Assembly: GCF_003918875.1 (NCBI RefSeq)
Contig: NW_025765481.1
Location: 620,001 to 684,000 of the forward strand
Reading direction: 5' to 3'
Length of the DNA: 64,000 nt
From: Haliotis rubra
Taxonomy: Eukaryota
Under the pieces are notes generated by a model, which was not told the DNA's origin, did no database searches, and saw nothing but the letters and a program-made list of their open reading frames with translations. Of this stretch, positions 1 to 13,072 are shown in pieces (the first letter of the stretch is position 1; every line of letters begins with the position of its first letter). Position numbers and translations under genes: made by a program.

Positions 1-450
1 GGTTTTGAAGATATTTAAGCGTCAATGGAGGATAAATGTCAGTTCGCTAATTATTTAAATGAACCAACTTGAAACAGCTGAATTTTCTTGTTTTATGAAT
101 GATTATGATAATGATCGTGCTACTTTCCATGACACTGAGGGGGCAGGATGGTCCTGTGGGTGTAATACGTCCTGTAGACATGCATATGTCTGGGGTTTGA
201 ATCTCTGATTCGCTTCAATGCTCCTGTTTCAGTTGTCCCTAAAACGTCAACAACATGCATTGGCAGCCTGGTCTCATAATGAACTTGATATGGGTTTGAA
301 AGTACATATCTCGGTGTTTGGGATTATTTTCGCTTCTTGTAAGTGTCAAAAAAAATCAAAATATTCTCGTTGGTTTGGAATTTGACCCCAAAGAACCAGG
401 TGTGTACTTTCTAAAACGTACAAGTGACAAATACATTTCCATAACAATAC

Positions 451-566
451 AAGCGTTCGCTGTCACGCTGAAGATTCCCCATTGTAAAGCCCATTTCTGG
501 TGTCCCCCGCCGTGATATTGTTGGAGTATTGCTAAAAGTTGCGTAAAACCATACTCACTCACTCAC
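451..566 (+). mobile_element. tRNA-derived SINE family A (degraded)
   Basis: GCCCATTTCTGGTGTCCCCCGCCGTGATATTG core and (TCAC)n tail. Confidence 0.8.
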
Positions 567-991
567 AAATAATCATAAGTGTGCTCTGCTGAAACAGAGT
601 CCCATCTGTCATTCCTTCTGTACTACAAGCATGTGTTCGTGAAACACTGTCACTCAGCAATATTCCAGCTATATGGGGCAGTCTGTAAATAATTGAATGT
701 GGACCAGACAATCCAGTGATCAGCATCATGAGCATCGATTTACACAACTGGCATACGATGATGTGCATCAACCAAATTAGTGGCATCTCACGAGCGTGAT
801 CGATGTGGGACATATTGTAAACAGAAAAGTAGAATGTAGAATGTGATGTCCATTATGTCAATTGTAATAAAATAATATTTATTGTAATGTTTCAACATTC
901 CGTTATCTTCTCTCAGAGCCCACCCAGTGATTTTATGTCTCGATGTGAAGTTTTCTTAAGACTACTATGAATTATATTGGTGCTATGTATT

Positions 992-1352
992 ATTCACACT
1001 TGGCTAAGTATCAAATCATGGCTTCAACAACAAACTATTATGTGAGGTCAAATGTGGTTTAAATATCTAAGCCTACTGTAAGCATGGATCCTAGGTTTCA
1101 GCATGTTACTGCATCTTGTGGATCCCATACCTGCTATTGACAGGTGTTGTCTATTTGTCAATTACTCGTTCCATGATTTGCAAAATGGTTGATTGGTGCC
1201 ATGAAAACCATTTGTATGGTTACTCATGTATCAAATGCATGCGGTTAGATTAACGTGACTGTTTGCCTAAAGAAGGGTTACCATATAACTATTTTTCCAG
1301 TTTTAAATGGATACAGTTTCAAATTATAAATCTACGTTTAATTAAAGTTGTG
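992..1352 (+). repeat. Dispersed ~360-bp repeat, copy 1 (copy 2 at 15044-15407)
   Basis: Shared blocks such as GTAAGCATGGATCCTAGGTTTCAG, CCATGATTTGCAAAATGGTT and TCTACGTTTAATTAAAGTTGTG. Confidence 0.85.
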
Positions 1353-1868
1353 AAATTTTGTGATCCTTAGCAAAGTGTGAGTAGTATATATATCAAACCG
1401 TTCCTACATGTACCCATGTAATGAGTGAGTGACTTATCATATAATCACAACGATGTTTCTAGGTTTGTAAACACCTGACCTGTGGGTTTCACCAAACTGT
1501 TAAACTTCCAAGACCGGCGTCTCTTCGATACTAACATCTAACATCTAGCCAATATGCCTTGATAAACCAAAACACAGTCCAAAGCAGAGCTACACAAAAT
1601 CCTTCACTCTCTCTGGGGGTTATTCTACTACATCATCTGTTTGTGAGTGAGTTGTATAAAATAATTCAACAATATAAACAACAAGTTAAGAAAACAATTA
1701 TTTCCACATTAAATCGAGAAAATCTTGGCTCTACTGAGGTGAAACTCACTCAAATCCCATATACGATTAAAACGCGAGTGGGATAATTTGGAAACAATGT
1801 GTAGGATTTGTAAATGGATTTAGAAAATGATTATTCCATTCACAATGTATTATGGATTTCGTGCACTC

Positions 1869-2302
1869 TAGTGGTGGTCCAATTGATTGAAATAATCGAA
1901 GATTGGTCGTAATGACTAAACGACCAAGCAATCGATCCCATTTTTTGTCATAATCGAACACAAACGATTTGGAACACTTGTTTGCATTGACAATATTTAT
2001 CACAAGGTTGGTTTTGTTTGTTGCGTTTCATAAGCACTACAAGCTCGTTCCTTGTCATGATAAACAATTTATCTTGAAGACTCCAGGAAATTTATGTTCC
2101 TAACATATTAGTCATCCTTTAAAGACATGAAATTTGCCAATAAACAACAGAAAGAACTACATGTTTTTTTCTTTATTTTGTGAACATTGACAAACATAAC
2201 CAGGACAATTTGATAAATAACGCTAACCAACTATTTCGATGATTTGATCGGTTGTAATGAACCAATCATCAATTATAAGATTTTAACCAATTCCCAACAC
2301 TA
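1869..2302. mobile_element. Old hAT-like MITE
   Basis: TAGTG...CACTA termini with degenerate longer inverted repeats; flanks GTGCACTC / GTGCAACA resemble a decayed 8-bp TSD. Confidence 0.45.
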
Positions 2303-2430
2303 GTGCAACAGCTCATTATAAATAAAGAATCTCCACGGAATAAAAACCCAAACAAACGGTTTTAATCGGTGTCTTGGCTGCAAAATGTAATGCCAACGAG
2401 TTCCAGTGGTACGTAGGTTAATGATGCCAT

Positions 2431-2469
2431 GTTACCATGGTAACCGATGACATCACAGTGGTTTATAAA
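2431..2469 (+). promoter_or_regulatory. RFX X-box + CRE-like + TATA-like motif cluster
   Basis: GTTACCATGGTAAC (2431-2444), TGACATCA (2448-2455), TTTATAAA (2462-2469). Confidence 0.4.
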
Positions 2470-3245
2470 GCATCTCGGTGTAATTTCATTAAAGCGTAGG
2501 CTGATGGTAGATATCTCTTGATCTCACCCTGTCATATCCTCATGGAATACAGTTCGGGATGATACATCTGCCTATCCTACATTCAACGAACAATGGTGTT
2601 GACAGCGGCGGTGAAGACATTTGCTCACGCTCGTAATTCAGATAACTATTAATCAACAAAACATTCCACTTCGCCATTTCAGCCACACACAAATTCCTTC
2701 GAGCCACCTCTTCCCGTTTACAATGCAGTATCGTCACACCTACATTCGAGTATGACCTGCATGTTAGCATTTAAAGAAGGTATGGAAATTGTCTTATTAT
2801 CGTGACAGTAAACACCCCATGGCTTTGTCGTGGTCAGAAAAGCTGAAAATAAACGAGCTGCACGGAGACCAGACAGAGACGGATTCGAGTCTTTAAGAGA
2901 TTATCATTTAAATGCAACCTTATGTTCCGCCCTGACATTCTGAAACTCCCCATCAAGAGACGATATGCATGAGTTTGTTTCCTGAATACAGGTAGCTTGT
3001 AGTTGGAATTAGCTGTTCACCTTCGTCATGACATGCTGCTGTAATACGCTGTCAGCTTTTTACTTAAAACAGTCAAATTTAGCACATGTAGCGTGCATGA
3101 GGTTGTCTCGAATGCATTCACCAAGCAATACACATACAGCTCGTTCTCATTTGAGTCTGTTTCGTTCGATAAGAATCATTTCATTGTTGTGCGGAGGTTC
3201 ATAAATATTTGCATAATCTGTAATTCTAATCAAGGCCAATCAAGA

Positions 3246-3917
3246 ATAATAACCCGTCCCTATCCTTTGTCCATCTGGTTTCAGAGCCATTATCTATTAT
3301 CACAACAATTATCAATATTGTCATCACACTGTACATCAACCTCCTTAACTGCATTAACTCAAATATACTTCATGTATATATTCTCTTTGTCCTTAATGTT
3401 GTGCATAATTTGCTTGATAACGGCGCATATTTTGTCTATCGATAAAAAGTGTTCCTCTCCACAGACTGTACTACTTTCAACTTGAAATCAGAACGGTAGT
3501 GACTTCAAGTTAATCATTTTGCAATGAAAACATCGAACAGGACCTAGATTCAATCTTCTTTGATATAACATATATATATATATATACTCATAGGCGGATA
3601 CAGATTTGGGGTGCAGGGGTGCGCATCCCTCCCTTTTTTGTCCTGAAAGTTTATTAAACGACCATTTAAACTCTCGTGAAAACGGGTGAAAATGAACTGT
3701 GCACCCGCTCCCCTTTCCCCTTTCTCAAAAAGCTGTATCCACCCCTGATACAGTAATTGTACAAACAGCGTTAAACCAAACACACTCACCCTGGATGTAG
3801 GGGCGGTAGGGTAGCCTAGTGGTTACAGCGTTCGCTCATCACGCTCAATACAAGCGGGTTGGACGTTGCTTGAATCAAAATATCTCCCCATAAACATCTA
3901 TAGTAACGTTGTAGTTT
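3246..3917 (+). repeat. ~670-bp direct repeat, copy 1 (copy 2 at 5711-6379)
   Basis: Colinear identity visible by eye; indels in the first ~200 bp, only a few differences afterwards. Confidence 0.92.
3589..3747. mobile_element. Short MITE (second copy at 6050-6209)
   Basis: Imperfect TIRs CATAGGCGGATACAG / CTGTATCCACCCCTG. Confidence 0.6.
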
Positions 3918-4339
3918 TTTTTTGTTTTTTTTTGTTTTTTTTTCACAATCAAACCAAGTGACTTCTGGTCAATATACTGGGTTTTTTTTGTTTTTTTGTT
4001 TGTTTTTTTTTCGAGTCAAAGTCTTTTTATTGTCTATAGGTCACAGGCCGTATACAACATATATACAATTTTCACTTACATTTACACATGTATACAATAA
4101 CAAAGGTTGAGTTTACAACAAATATATATGATGTCATAGTACATGGGAAATCTACAAAAATATATCTTACTGAATTGGGGGTATTTTGATGCATGGTATA
4201 AATATGTGCATAATTTTCTAGAAGTGTTTCAGTCTATTTACATTCAGTGTTTTCATATCATCATATAAGGATGAACAAAAGATCACATTATCACAAGTGT
4301 TTCATATCAACATATCAGGATGAGAGAAAGACCACATTA

Positions 4340-5295
4340 TTACATTATTACCGCGGCTTGAGGAAGTAGAGGTAGTCCAGCTGCTCTCCTGATCCACTTG
4401 GTGACTTCGGGGTTTTCCTTGTAGGCAACAGCTAGTCCAAGATCCTGAACCTTCCTCCAGATGGCTTGACAGAAATGGAAGAAACAGCCCTTCACGTCAG
4501 CAGTGGGAAATTCTGTTTCTATGGCGTGGATTGCTGCTAGCTCAAAATCGGTCTGGATGCAGGCAGGATCAAGCGGTCTGTTGAGTCTCTGCTGAACATC
4601 ATCCTTGAGCAATCGGAAGAGTCTGGAGTAGGTTGTTGTCTGGCGGTCGGAAGAAGGGCGAAGATGAGGGGATATGTTGAGCTGCCACGTCTTGCATGGA
4701 TGATGTATACTTGATTCCACAGTGCAGGACAGGCTGTGAAAGTTCCATCCATGTAGAGGTTGTCAGCTGACTGCAAGGCTTCAAGACTCTCTTGTGTTCC
4801 GAAGGCCAAGATCTTGTCGTCATGGCCGTCCGCAAACAGGAGGAATGGTCTACCATCTGCTGTCTGCGTCCAGGGATCTTGGAGGTCGACTTCTGATCTC
4901 GTCTGTGGTAAGACAGGAATCGTCTTCTGGCGGTGGCGGTACAGGGCACTGCTAACAGATGGAAAGGAGGGCATGGTACGTGTCTCGTCATCAGTCAGGT
5001 TGGTAAGCTCGTTGTTGTAGATGGTGCGCATCGGTATTGACTCCTCCCTGGCTCTCTTCCTCAGGTTGCTGACAAACCGGACCTTCTGGCTATCCTCTGG
5101 TGGGTGATTGTGTTCAGTCGTATTTCTTACCACATCGCCAACAGTTGTGACTCTTCCTTTGCATGTTGACTGCACACACTTCCAGTGTACACAGGTCTGT
5201 CGCTCAACATTCTTAGTGTGAAGATATCCATCCAACAGAACTTGACGGCTACCTCTCCGTGACATAACAAACTCAACATTGCGAAGACCAGCCAT
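4340..5295 (-). pseudogene. FLYWCH-MULE (Mutator-like) transposase, one frameshift and 3'-truncated
   Basis: N-terminal FLYWCH zinc finger (LDGYLH...WKC...CKGRV...HNH). MULE motifs YMDGTF, then in the shifted frame DRQTTTYSRLF...TDFELAAIHA...GCFFHFCQAIWRK. Frameshift at ~4649; the ORF ends prematurely after LPLLP. Confidence 0.9.
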
Positions 5296-5710
5296 GTTGA
5301 TGCCATGTTTGTTTCATGTCAGCACTTATATACTGTATGGAACAATCTCAATTTCCTGTATCATCTCCACGTTTTATTTCTCTCAACTTCTCAACATTGT
5401 AATATATGTAACATTAAAGTGCACTATAACAACTTTTCTTAACAACATTTAGCAATCACAACACTTTTCCAATTGTATGTTTCTTCTACTCAGGGTTGAG
5501 GTTTGTTTTCATCATGAGACCACTAATTTCCTTGCCACAAAAGACTAATCACATTTATGCATCCCTTGATCTCATCTATGCTCCATGCACTAATCCCTCT
5601 TTAGGATTAGTCTATTATATCAGACAGGTAAATGCTAGGTGTTGTTTTAACTAGCTGTAGGGGTACTGGAGTGTAGGGGTAGTGGCATGTAGGGGTTATG
5701 GGTGTGAACC
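4340..5710 (-). mobile_element. Mutator-like DNA transposon fragment with one terminus
   Basis: Transposase plus a terminus-like GGTTCACACCCATAACCCCTACA (minus strand, from 5710) with three ACCCCTACA subterminal repeats; no matching second end found. Confidence 0.7.
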
Positions 5711-6379
5711 ATAATAACACGTCCCTATCCTTTGTCCATCTGGTATCAGAGCCATTATCTATTATCACAACAATTATCAGTAGTGTCATCACACTGTACA
5801 TCAACCTCTTTAATATACTTCATGTATATATTCTCTTTGTCCTTAATACTGTGAATAATTTGCTTGATAACGGCGCATATTTGGAATAAAGAAGTTGTCT
5901 ATCCATAAAAAGTGTTCCTCTCCACAGACTGTACTACTTTCAACTTGAAATCAGAACGGTAGTGACTTCAAGTTAATCATTTTGCAATGAAAACATCGAA
6001 CAGGACCTAGATTCAATCTTCTTTGATGTAACATATATATATATATACTCATAGGCGGATACAGATTTGGGGTGCAGGGGTGCGCATCCCTCCCTTTTTT
6101 GTCCTGAAAGTTTATTAAACGACCATTTAAACTCTCGTGAAAACGGGTGAAAATGAACTGTGCACCCGCTCCCCTTTCCCCCTTTCTCAAAAAGCTGTAT
6201 CCACCCCTGATACAGTAATTGTACAAACAGCGTTAAACCAAACACACTCACCCTGGATGTAGGGGCGGTAGGGTAGCCTAGTGGTTACAGCGTTCGCTCA
6301 TCACGCTCAATACAAGCGGGTTGGACGTTGCTTAAATCAAAATATCTCCCCATAGACATCTATAGTAACGTTGTAGTTT
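5711..6379 (+). repeat. ~670-bp direct repeat, copy 2
   Basis: Matches 3246-3917; starts immediately after the putative MULE terminus. Confidence 0.92.
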
Positions 6380-6439
6380 GGTAAAAAGAGAACAAGGGCT
6401 TAAACAGCTGTCACGTGTACTTATATGCACAGTCAGGTC

Positions 6440-6645
6440 TTAACGTAGTCTGTCTCACAGTCCCTGAACCACATTATTTTCCCCACTGTCAAGCCCTCTC
6501 TTCAGTGCTAAAGCCCTAAATAAAGCAAGTCTAGATTTCCTCAGGTTCTGAATCTCTGGTCTCCCTGGGGCTCCTTTTCAATTTAAATGGGCTTGTTTGT
6601 TACCATCAAAATTATATATATTCAGAGACTAAGCATTAGTCTAGT
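6440..6645 (+). mobile_element. Dispersed repeat family C ending in a hairpin (possibly Helitron/Helentron-derived); other copies ~13200-13398, ~56155-56345, ~58955-59048
   Basis: Shared AAAGCAAGTCTAGATT...ATCAAAATTATATATATTCAGAGACTA.GC.TTAGTCTA; AGACTA-n5-TAGTCT stem-loop at the common end. Confidence 0.55.
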
Positions 6646-6675
6646 CTTAACGCTGCAATAATAATACATATTTTG

Positions 6676-6915
6676 GACCCGCGAAGATCCGGGTTAGAAT
6701 TGGTCTTCAGCAACCAATGCTTGTAATGGGCGACTAACGGGATCGGGTGGTCAGGCTCGCTGACTAGGTTGACACATGTCATTGGTTCCCAATTGCGTTG
6801 ATCGATGCTCATGCTGTTGATCACTAGATTGTCTGGTCCAGACTCGATTATTTACAGACCGAAGCCATACATCTGTAATATTACTGAGCGTGACGTAAAA
6901 CAGCCAACAAAACCA
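6676..6915 (+). mobile_element. SINE-like family B
   Basis: GACCC.CGAAGATCCGGGTTAGAATTGGTCTTCAGCAAC...GATCGATGCTCATGCTGTTGATCAC...TGTCTGGTCCAGACTCG; shares its 3' end with family A. Confidence 0.85.
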
Positions 6916-8129
6916 ATGTTGTCAGCTTAACCAGTTCTTTTTAAGCATACAGTTAACTGAGAACAGGAACCCCAGCTCCTCGCCAAAGTCACCTACTGAG
7001 ACAACGGGCTGCAGTTCGATTTGCAAAGTTGCGTCCTTGTATCGTTACAGGATCCGTTGATAGTGTGTCTGATTCCATTATCGTCCTGAGTCTGATCTAG
7101 TATTTGTCAGGACTATATCCGTACTCGTTTGTTGAAATAGAAGACTGTCCAAACTCAGACAAAAGTCACACTTTGAAATTCTGTTCGAAATGCCTAATAT
7201 ATCGCTTACTCCAGAGTCATATAAGTTCATTCGGATTAGGATAATTTGCAGTAGCTATATCCATAGCTGGCAAATTTACTTTTGCTTTAAACTCAGTAAA
7301 AGCTGAACACTATCATGCCAAGCATGTCCCCGCAACGTTATCTGTGAGCACAGATTCACGATTTTACACACAGAAGCGTCTTTTATTCGTAAACCGTTTC
7401 GCAATCTCAGTCTTACCGCGCAGCCGCCGTAACAGAACCCCAGAAAGAAAACCACCGTGAAATTAAGTAGTCCTTCATCAAGTATACACACACTGTACAG
7501 GGGGACGGGCACCTGCTGACACACGCCCACTACCCTCTACCCCTGGAGAAGAGGTTGACGGGTCATTAAGGGACACGGATGGTCAGAACCGTAGGGTCAT
7601 TCCGTCTAACTGGGCTGTTATTGCCGCACTGTGAATGTACATTTGACATACTCTGCTGAGATAGCGGCAACGCGGAACTCACAAGTAAGTCAGAGCGAGG
7701 ATTACTGAGTGTTTCTCGGGAGGAGGAAGGGCTATCTCGCATCTGTGTACAGCACATGAGACTATTGAGGTGAGTCGTGGCTGGAAGGAGGTGGTGCTGA
7801 CTATGTGTGTGTGGAATGTATCAAGCGATAAGACAATGTGCGTGTTTTATTCCATGGTTGTTATACATACCGGTGTGTTATTCATGTTTGGTCTGTTTTA
7901 GAAATGTCTGGAGACAAAGAAACCATGACTTCTATTTTCCGACAGTAAAATCGCTGTATATTGTGATTTTCTCCCTTGTATTGTCATTATGAATGAACTC
8001 AAAGAATCTACACACATGTGACTGTACATCCCTTGACTCTGCTGATGTTTAACATCCATCCTTTGAACAGGTCCATTACATTTTACACGTGTGATATGGC
8101 ATATGTAATATTAGATGTGTGTTATCACA

Positions 8130-8440
8130 TATGTAACATTTGATCTGAGATGAGCGATATCACAAATGTAATTTAGATATTTAATGTGTGATATCACACA
8201 TGTAATTTCGATATTTAATGTGTGATATCACACATATAATTTAGATATTTAATGTGTGATATCACACATGTAATTTAGATATTTGATGTGTGACATCACA
8301 TATGTAATATCAGATATTTGATGTGAGATATCATGGATCACATATGTAATTTAGATAATTGATGTGTGATGTCACCAATGTAAAATCAGATATTTGATTT
8401 GAGATATTATATGTTATATAAAACATGTGATATGTGACTT
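8130..8440. repeat. 34-bp tandem repeat with internal 18-bp palindrome
   Basis: Unit TTTAGATATTTAATGTGTGATATCACACATGTAA. Confidence 0.8.
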
Positions 8441-8779
8441 GTGGATAATTTAGTACGTTCGGTAGAAAGGTGTAAAACACAGAGCGAAACAAAATCCTTT
8501 TCTCTGTCGGCTATCAGAGGCCATACCTGGTAATATACATGCACAAGCACACAGCATACACACACATAACGACGTACGACGTACATAAGTCACATAGAGA
8601 TTCCATCGACGTTACTCACACATGCTCAATTAGACATATCCATGTAATTGCATATATACTGCTGATACAAACACGACAGTGATCTAATCAGACATGTACA
8701 GATGCACGCGCATGAACGCACACACAAGCACGACCGCAAGCTCGCATTAAACAAACCACGATGAAAGCTTACAAACAAA

Positions 8780-10180
8780 CACACTACAAAATAGACATAA
8801 AAACAAATAAACAAACTACGATAGAGACATAAAACAAATACACACACTACGATATAGACATACAAACAAACAAACAAACAAACATACTACGACATAGAAA
8901 TTCAAACAAACTCACTACGACATAGGCATATAAACATGGAGCACACACAAACATTAAAACATATAACCATACACACACACTACGACATTATGTTTGCATA
9001 ATACAACATAAACATGCATACATACACACACTTCAGCATAAACATGCACGCATACACACACACGGCAACATAAACATGCACACATACACACACACTACAG
9101 CATAAGCATAACCATGCACACACACTACAGCATATACATGCACACATACACACACTACAGTAAAAACATGCACATACACACGACAGCATAAACGTGCACA
9201 CACACAATATAAACATGGTTACACATGCTACAACATAAACATGCACACACATTATGGCAAACATGCACACACACTTCAGCATAAACATGCACACACACTA
9301 CAACATAAACATGTTTACACACACTGACACTACAGTATAAACATGCACACACACTACGACATAATCATGCACACACATTATGACACACATACACACACAC
9401 TACGACATAAACATGTACACATACACTAGAACATAAACATGCACATGCACACTACGACATAATCATGCACACACATTATGACAAACATGCACACACAGTA
9501 CAACATAAACATGCACACATATTATGACAAACATGCACACACACTACAGCATAAACATGCACATACACTACAACGTAAACATGTATACATACACTACAAC
9601 ATAAACATGTTTAATCACATTATGACAAACATGCACACACACACTACAGCGTAAACATACACACACACTACAGCATAAACATGTTTACACACAGTACAAC
9701 ATAAACATGTTTACATACATTATGACAAACATGCACACACACTACAGCATAAACATGCACACACACACACTACGACATAAACATTCACACACACACACTA
9801 CACTACAACACACTAGAACACATGTTTACACATTATGACACTAGAACATAAAGCATGTTGCACACATACTCTGCATGATAAACATTCACACACACTACGA
9901 CATAATCATGCGCATAAACATGCACATACATTACTCTACAACAAAAACATGTTACGACATAAACATGTTTACACACTACGACATAATCATGCACCCATGA
10001 ATTATGCACACACACTACAGCAAAAACATGCACACACATTACAGCATGAACCTGCACCACACACACACACTACGACATAAACATGTTTACAGACACACTG
10101 CAACATAAACATGTTTACACACATAACGCACGTACACAACTTCACACATACACTGTAACTATGCAGACATACACTAATAC
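8780..10180. repeat. Degenerate CA-rich minisatellite (~24-26 bp)
   Basis: Recurrent ACACACTAC.ACATAAACATGC. Confidence 0.85.
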
Positions 10181-12519
10181 ATCTTTTCATAACATGATAG
10201 TCATTTCTAAACTACACACAGTACGTCCGAGCACAAAAGCATATACATAGACGCAAGCGTATTTAAAACCTACCATACAAACATATTGAACAAATATGCA
10301 TTTCAGATACAGGTCATGAAGCACGGGCCTCCTTTATGACTAACATACTGTCTAGGGTTTGATTTTTTCACGGACACATTTTCCACCGAACACTTATTCA
10401 TTAACGTGCAGCGCTGTCAACTGGAATAGCTAGAAATGTCATAAGTTAACTCCGAATAAATAGAACAATCAATAGTAAGATGGTTTCATCTGCAACAGCT
10501 GAAGGACGAGAAAGGTCTATTTCCAACAGGGATAAGCTTCTTAGCATCATGCTTGTCGACAACCTCAGTTTACATGTATGTAATCGGATGGAGGCTTGGT
10601 AGTGATGTCTAGACATTATTCTGGTCCCATATTTACATTGTATATTAACAGTATAGGTGATATTTCTTAACATTCGTGCTTCGTACAGGGCAGTTACATT
10701 ACTCGAAATGCGATTTAGCACGGTGATTCCTAAACAAAGCATCGGCGTTTTGTCCATGAGCTGGGGAGCAGGGATCTACACTCCACACTGCAGCCGTGTC
10801 GGGGGCAGCTGAGTCGTGTTTACATAACACTCTCCTACGCCCATATCAGTTTCTCCAAGCAGTTATCTTAAACCTATTTTACATTTCAGAATTGAACGAG
10901 TCTCAACGTTGCGGGATATGTATTCAAATAAAAAAAGTATAAATGGAAATACTGCTTTCGGTTCGACCTGTATTTTTAATCACTGTATGTTTATAATTGA
11001 TAGAGGTGACTAAGTCTGATACTTTAGTTTGTAATTGTTTGAAATAATTCTAAAGTCTTTGTACGTTAGTTTGTAATTGTTTCAGTAAATGTGATGACGT
11101 CATCACCACTGCTAATTACTAATCACATTATCAAGAGAAGCAATCGCCATGATAATATCTACGCTCGACAGAGGTAAAAGATTTGAATAAACCGAATTTG
11201 ACTTGAAATTATACAGCTGATCTGAACGCTACAAAACATTAGAAAACAAATCTGTAGCTGGGTAATATTCTTAAAAATAATGAAATTAATGAAAATGAAA
11301 TAAATATGCAACCACATATGTATCAGGAATGTTGTAAATTTGTGTCGAATAAAACAAATCTTGATTTTCAAATATACGATGTCAAACATACCCACAAGTT
11401 GAGAATTACATTATTTAGTTTCAAATTTGGAAAAAACCCTTTCAAATCCAATTTAATTCATTTCCTTGATATACTATTGCTAATATCCGGTTTCAGAAAT
11501 TTAAACTCAAACAGCTGGTATAGTATCATTTCGTTCCCCAGCTCCTAGTAGGGGGTTAGATGGGGGCTAAAGGTGTTGGGATTCATTATGACGAAACAAG
11601 ACATTTACAGCTGTGAGTGTTGAGCTTCTGTTTGTGTCTCTACAGTATGTATAGAATATCCAGTACTGATGCTGAACAATAGATACCTGAGAGTGATGTG
11701 TATACTGTCTACTACCGGGGAGTCTGTGCCAGGCTGTATAGATGTAACAGTAAGATATTAAGCTTTTAATAACCAAGTGAAATCTCCCTTGAACGATGGC
11801 GACTACATCATGAGCAGTTGCTAGTGAATCGCTATCAAATAGTGATGACACCAGGTGTTCGGGAAAATATGAGCGTATCCTGCCTCAATGGTGGCACTCA
11901 AAACAAAGAATAACACCGACTGCCACAAACACATGGCTGGCAACTGTACACAGACCATCACAAATATATGGACCTTCTTAGACAGAACATGTGTTGTTAA
12001 AATGACAATTTCACATAGTGTCTACTGCAGTATTTATGGTTAAATTTCAATTTTCGAAAACATGTTTCTCCAGTTGTGAGATTACTTGTAAAACGGGTCA
12101 GTGTTTGGGGAAAAAAATTGTTTTGGATGCCTGGCATATGATAGAAGTAATGAACCCGAGTGTACGAATATTTACATTTTCAGACATAAACAGAACCCTC
12201 CCTATTATAAATAACACAACTTGTCAGGGTCGACTTCTAGATGATAACAGTTTGACTTTGCAAATCTTTCAGATGGATGAATATTTTAACACATTATACT
12301 GATCTATATCGTCCAGGGGAAGAAATCCACTGTTATCCCAAGAATCCGTAAGTCTACATTAGGATAAGAAAATATGTGTATATATAAGCTCAGTCAGTTG
12401 CTTGAAAATTTCATTGACATTTGTCAATCTGTTGTTGGTGGTAACAGGTTCTGCGCAGTCAAATTATTTATCAAAATGCATGGAAAGTGTATCCATAGGT
12501 GTCCGTATACACAATGGAG

Positions 12520-12682
12520 GGGGGTGGGGTAGCCTAGTAGTTAAAGCGTTCGCTCGTCACGCCGAAGACCCGGGTCCGATTCCCCACATGGGTACAATGT
12601 GTGAAGTCCATTGTGGTGTCCCCCGCCGTGATATTGCTGGAATATTGTTAATAGGGGCGTAAAACTGAACTCACCCACTTAC
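12520..12682 (+). mobile_element. tRNA-derived SINE family A
   Basis: A box TAGCCTAGTAG, B box GGTCCGATTCC, family core and tail. Confidence 0.88.
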
Positions 12683-12885
12683 GCAATGGGATTTCCATGT
12701 ATCAGCGAAGTTGGCTGCATTAAATATGCATGATTAAACATTTTTAAATTATTATAAATATGAAACGTCAGGACGAGTGAATAGTCAGTTGCTATCATCT
12801 GCCGAAACAGATTTCGCTGGTTGTAAATATCACGGTTGGTTTGAAGGTAGACTTGCACAAGTCTCTAATGTAATGATAAATAGTA

Positions 12886-13072
12886 NNNNNNNNNNNNNNN
12901 NNNNNNNNNNNNNNNNNNNNNNNNNNNNNNNNNNNNNNNNNNNNNNNNNNNNNNNNNNNNNNNNNNNNNNNNNNNNNNNNNNNNNNNNNNNNNNNNNNNN
13001 NNNNNNNNNNNNNNNNNNNNNNNNNNNNNNNNNNNNNNNNNNNNNNNNNNNNNNNNNNNNNNNNNNNNNNNN
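12886..13072. other. Assembly gap (N)
   Basis: N run. Confidence 1.

Noticed and set aside
7560-7780. GC-richer segment with two consensus donors (gtaagt ~7685, gtgagt ~7770)
   Set aside because: Could be a non-coding first exon, but cannot be linked to any coding exon from sequence alone.
12520-12600. tRNA gene
   Set aside because: A/B boxes belong to a multi-copy SINE head that continues into the SINE core; no proper acceptor stem or terminator.
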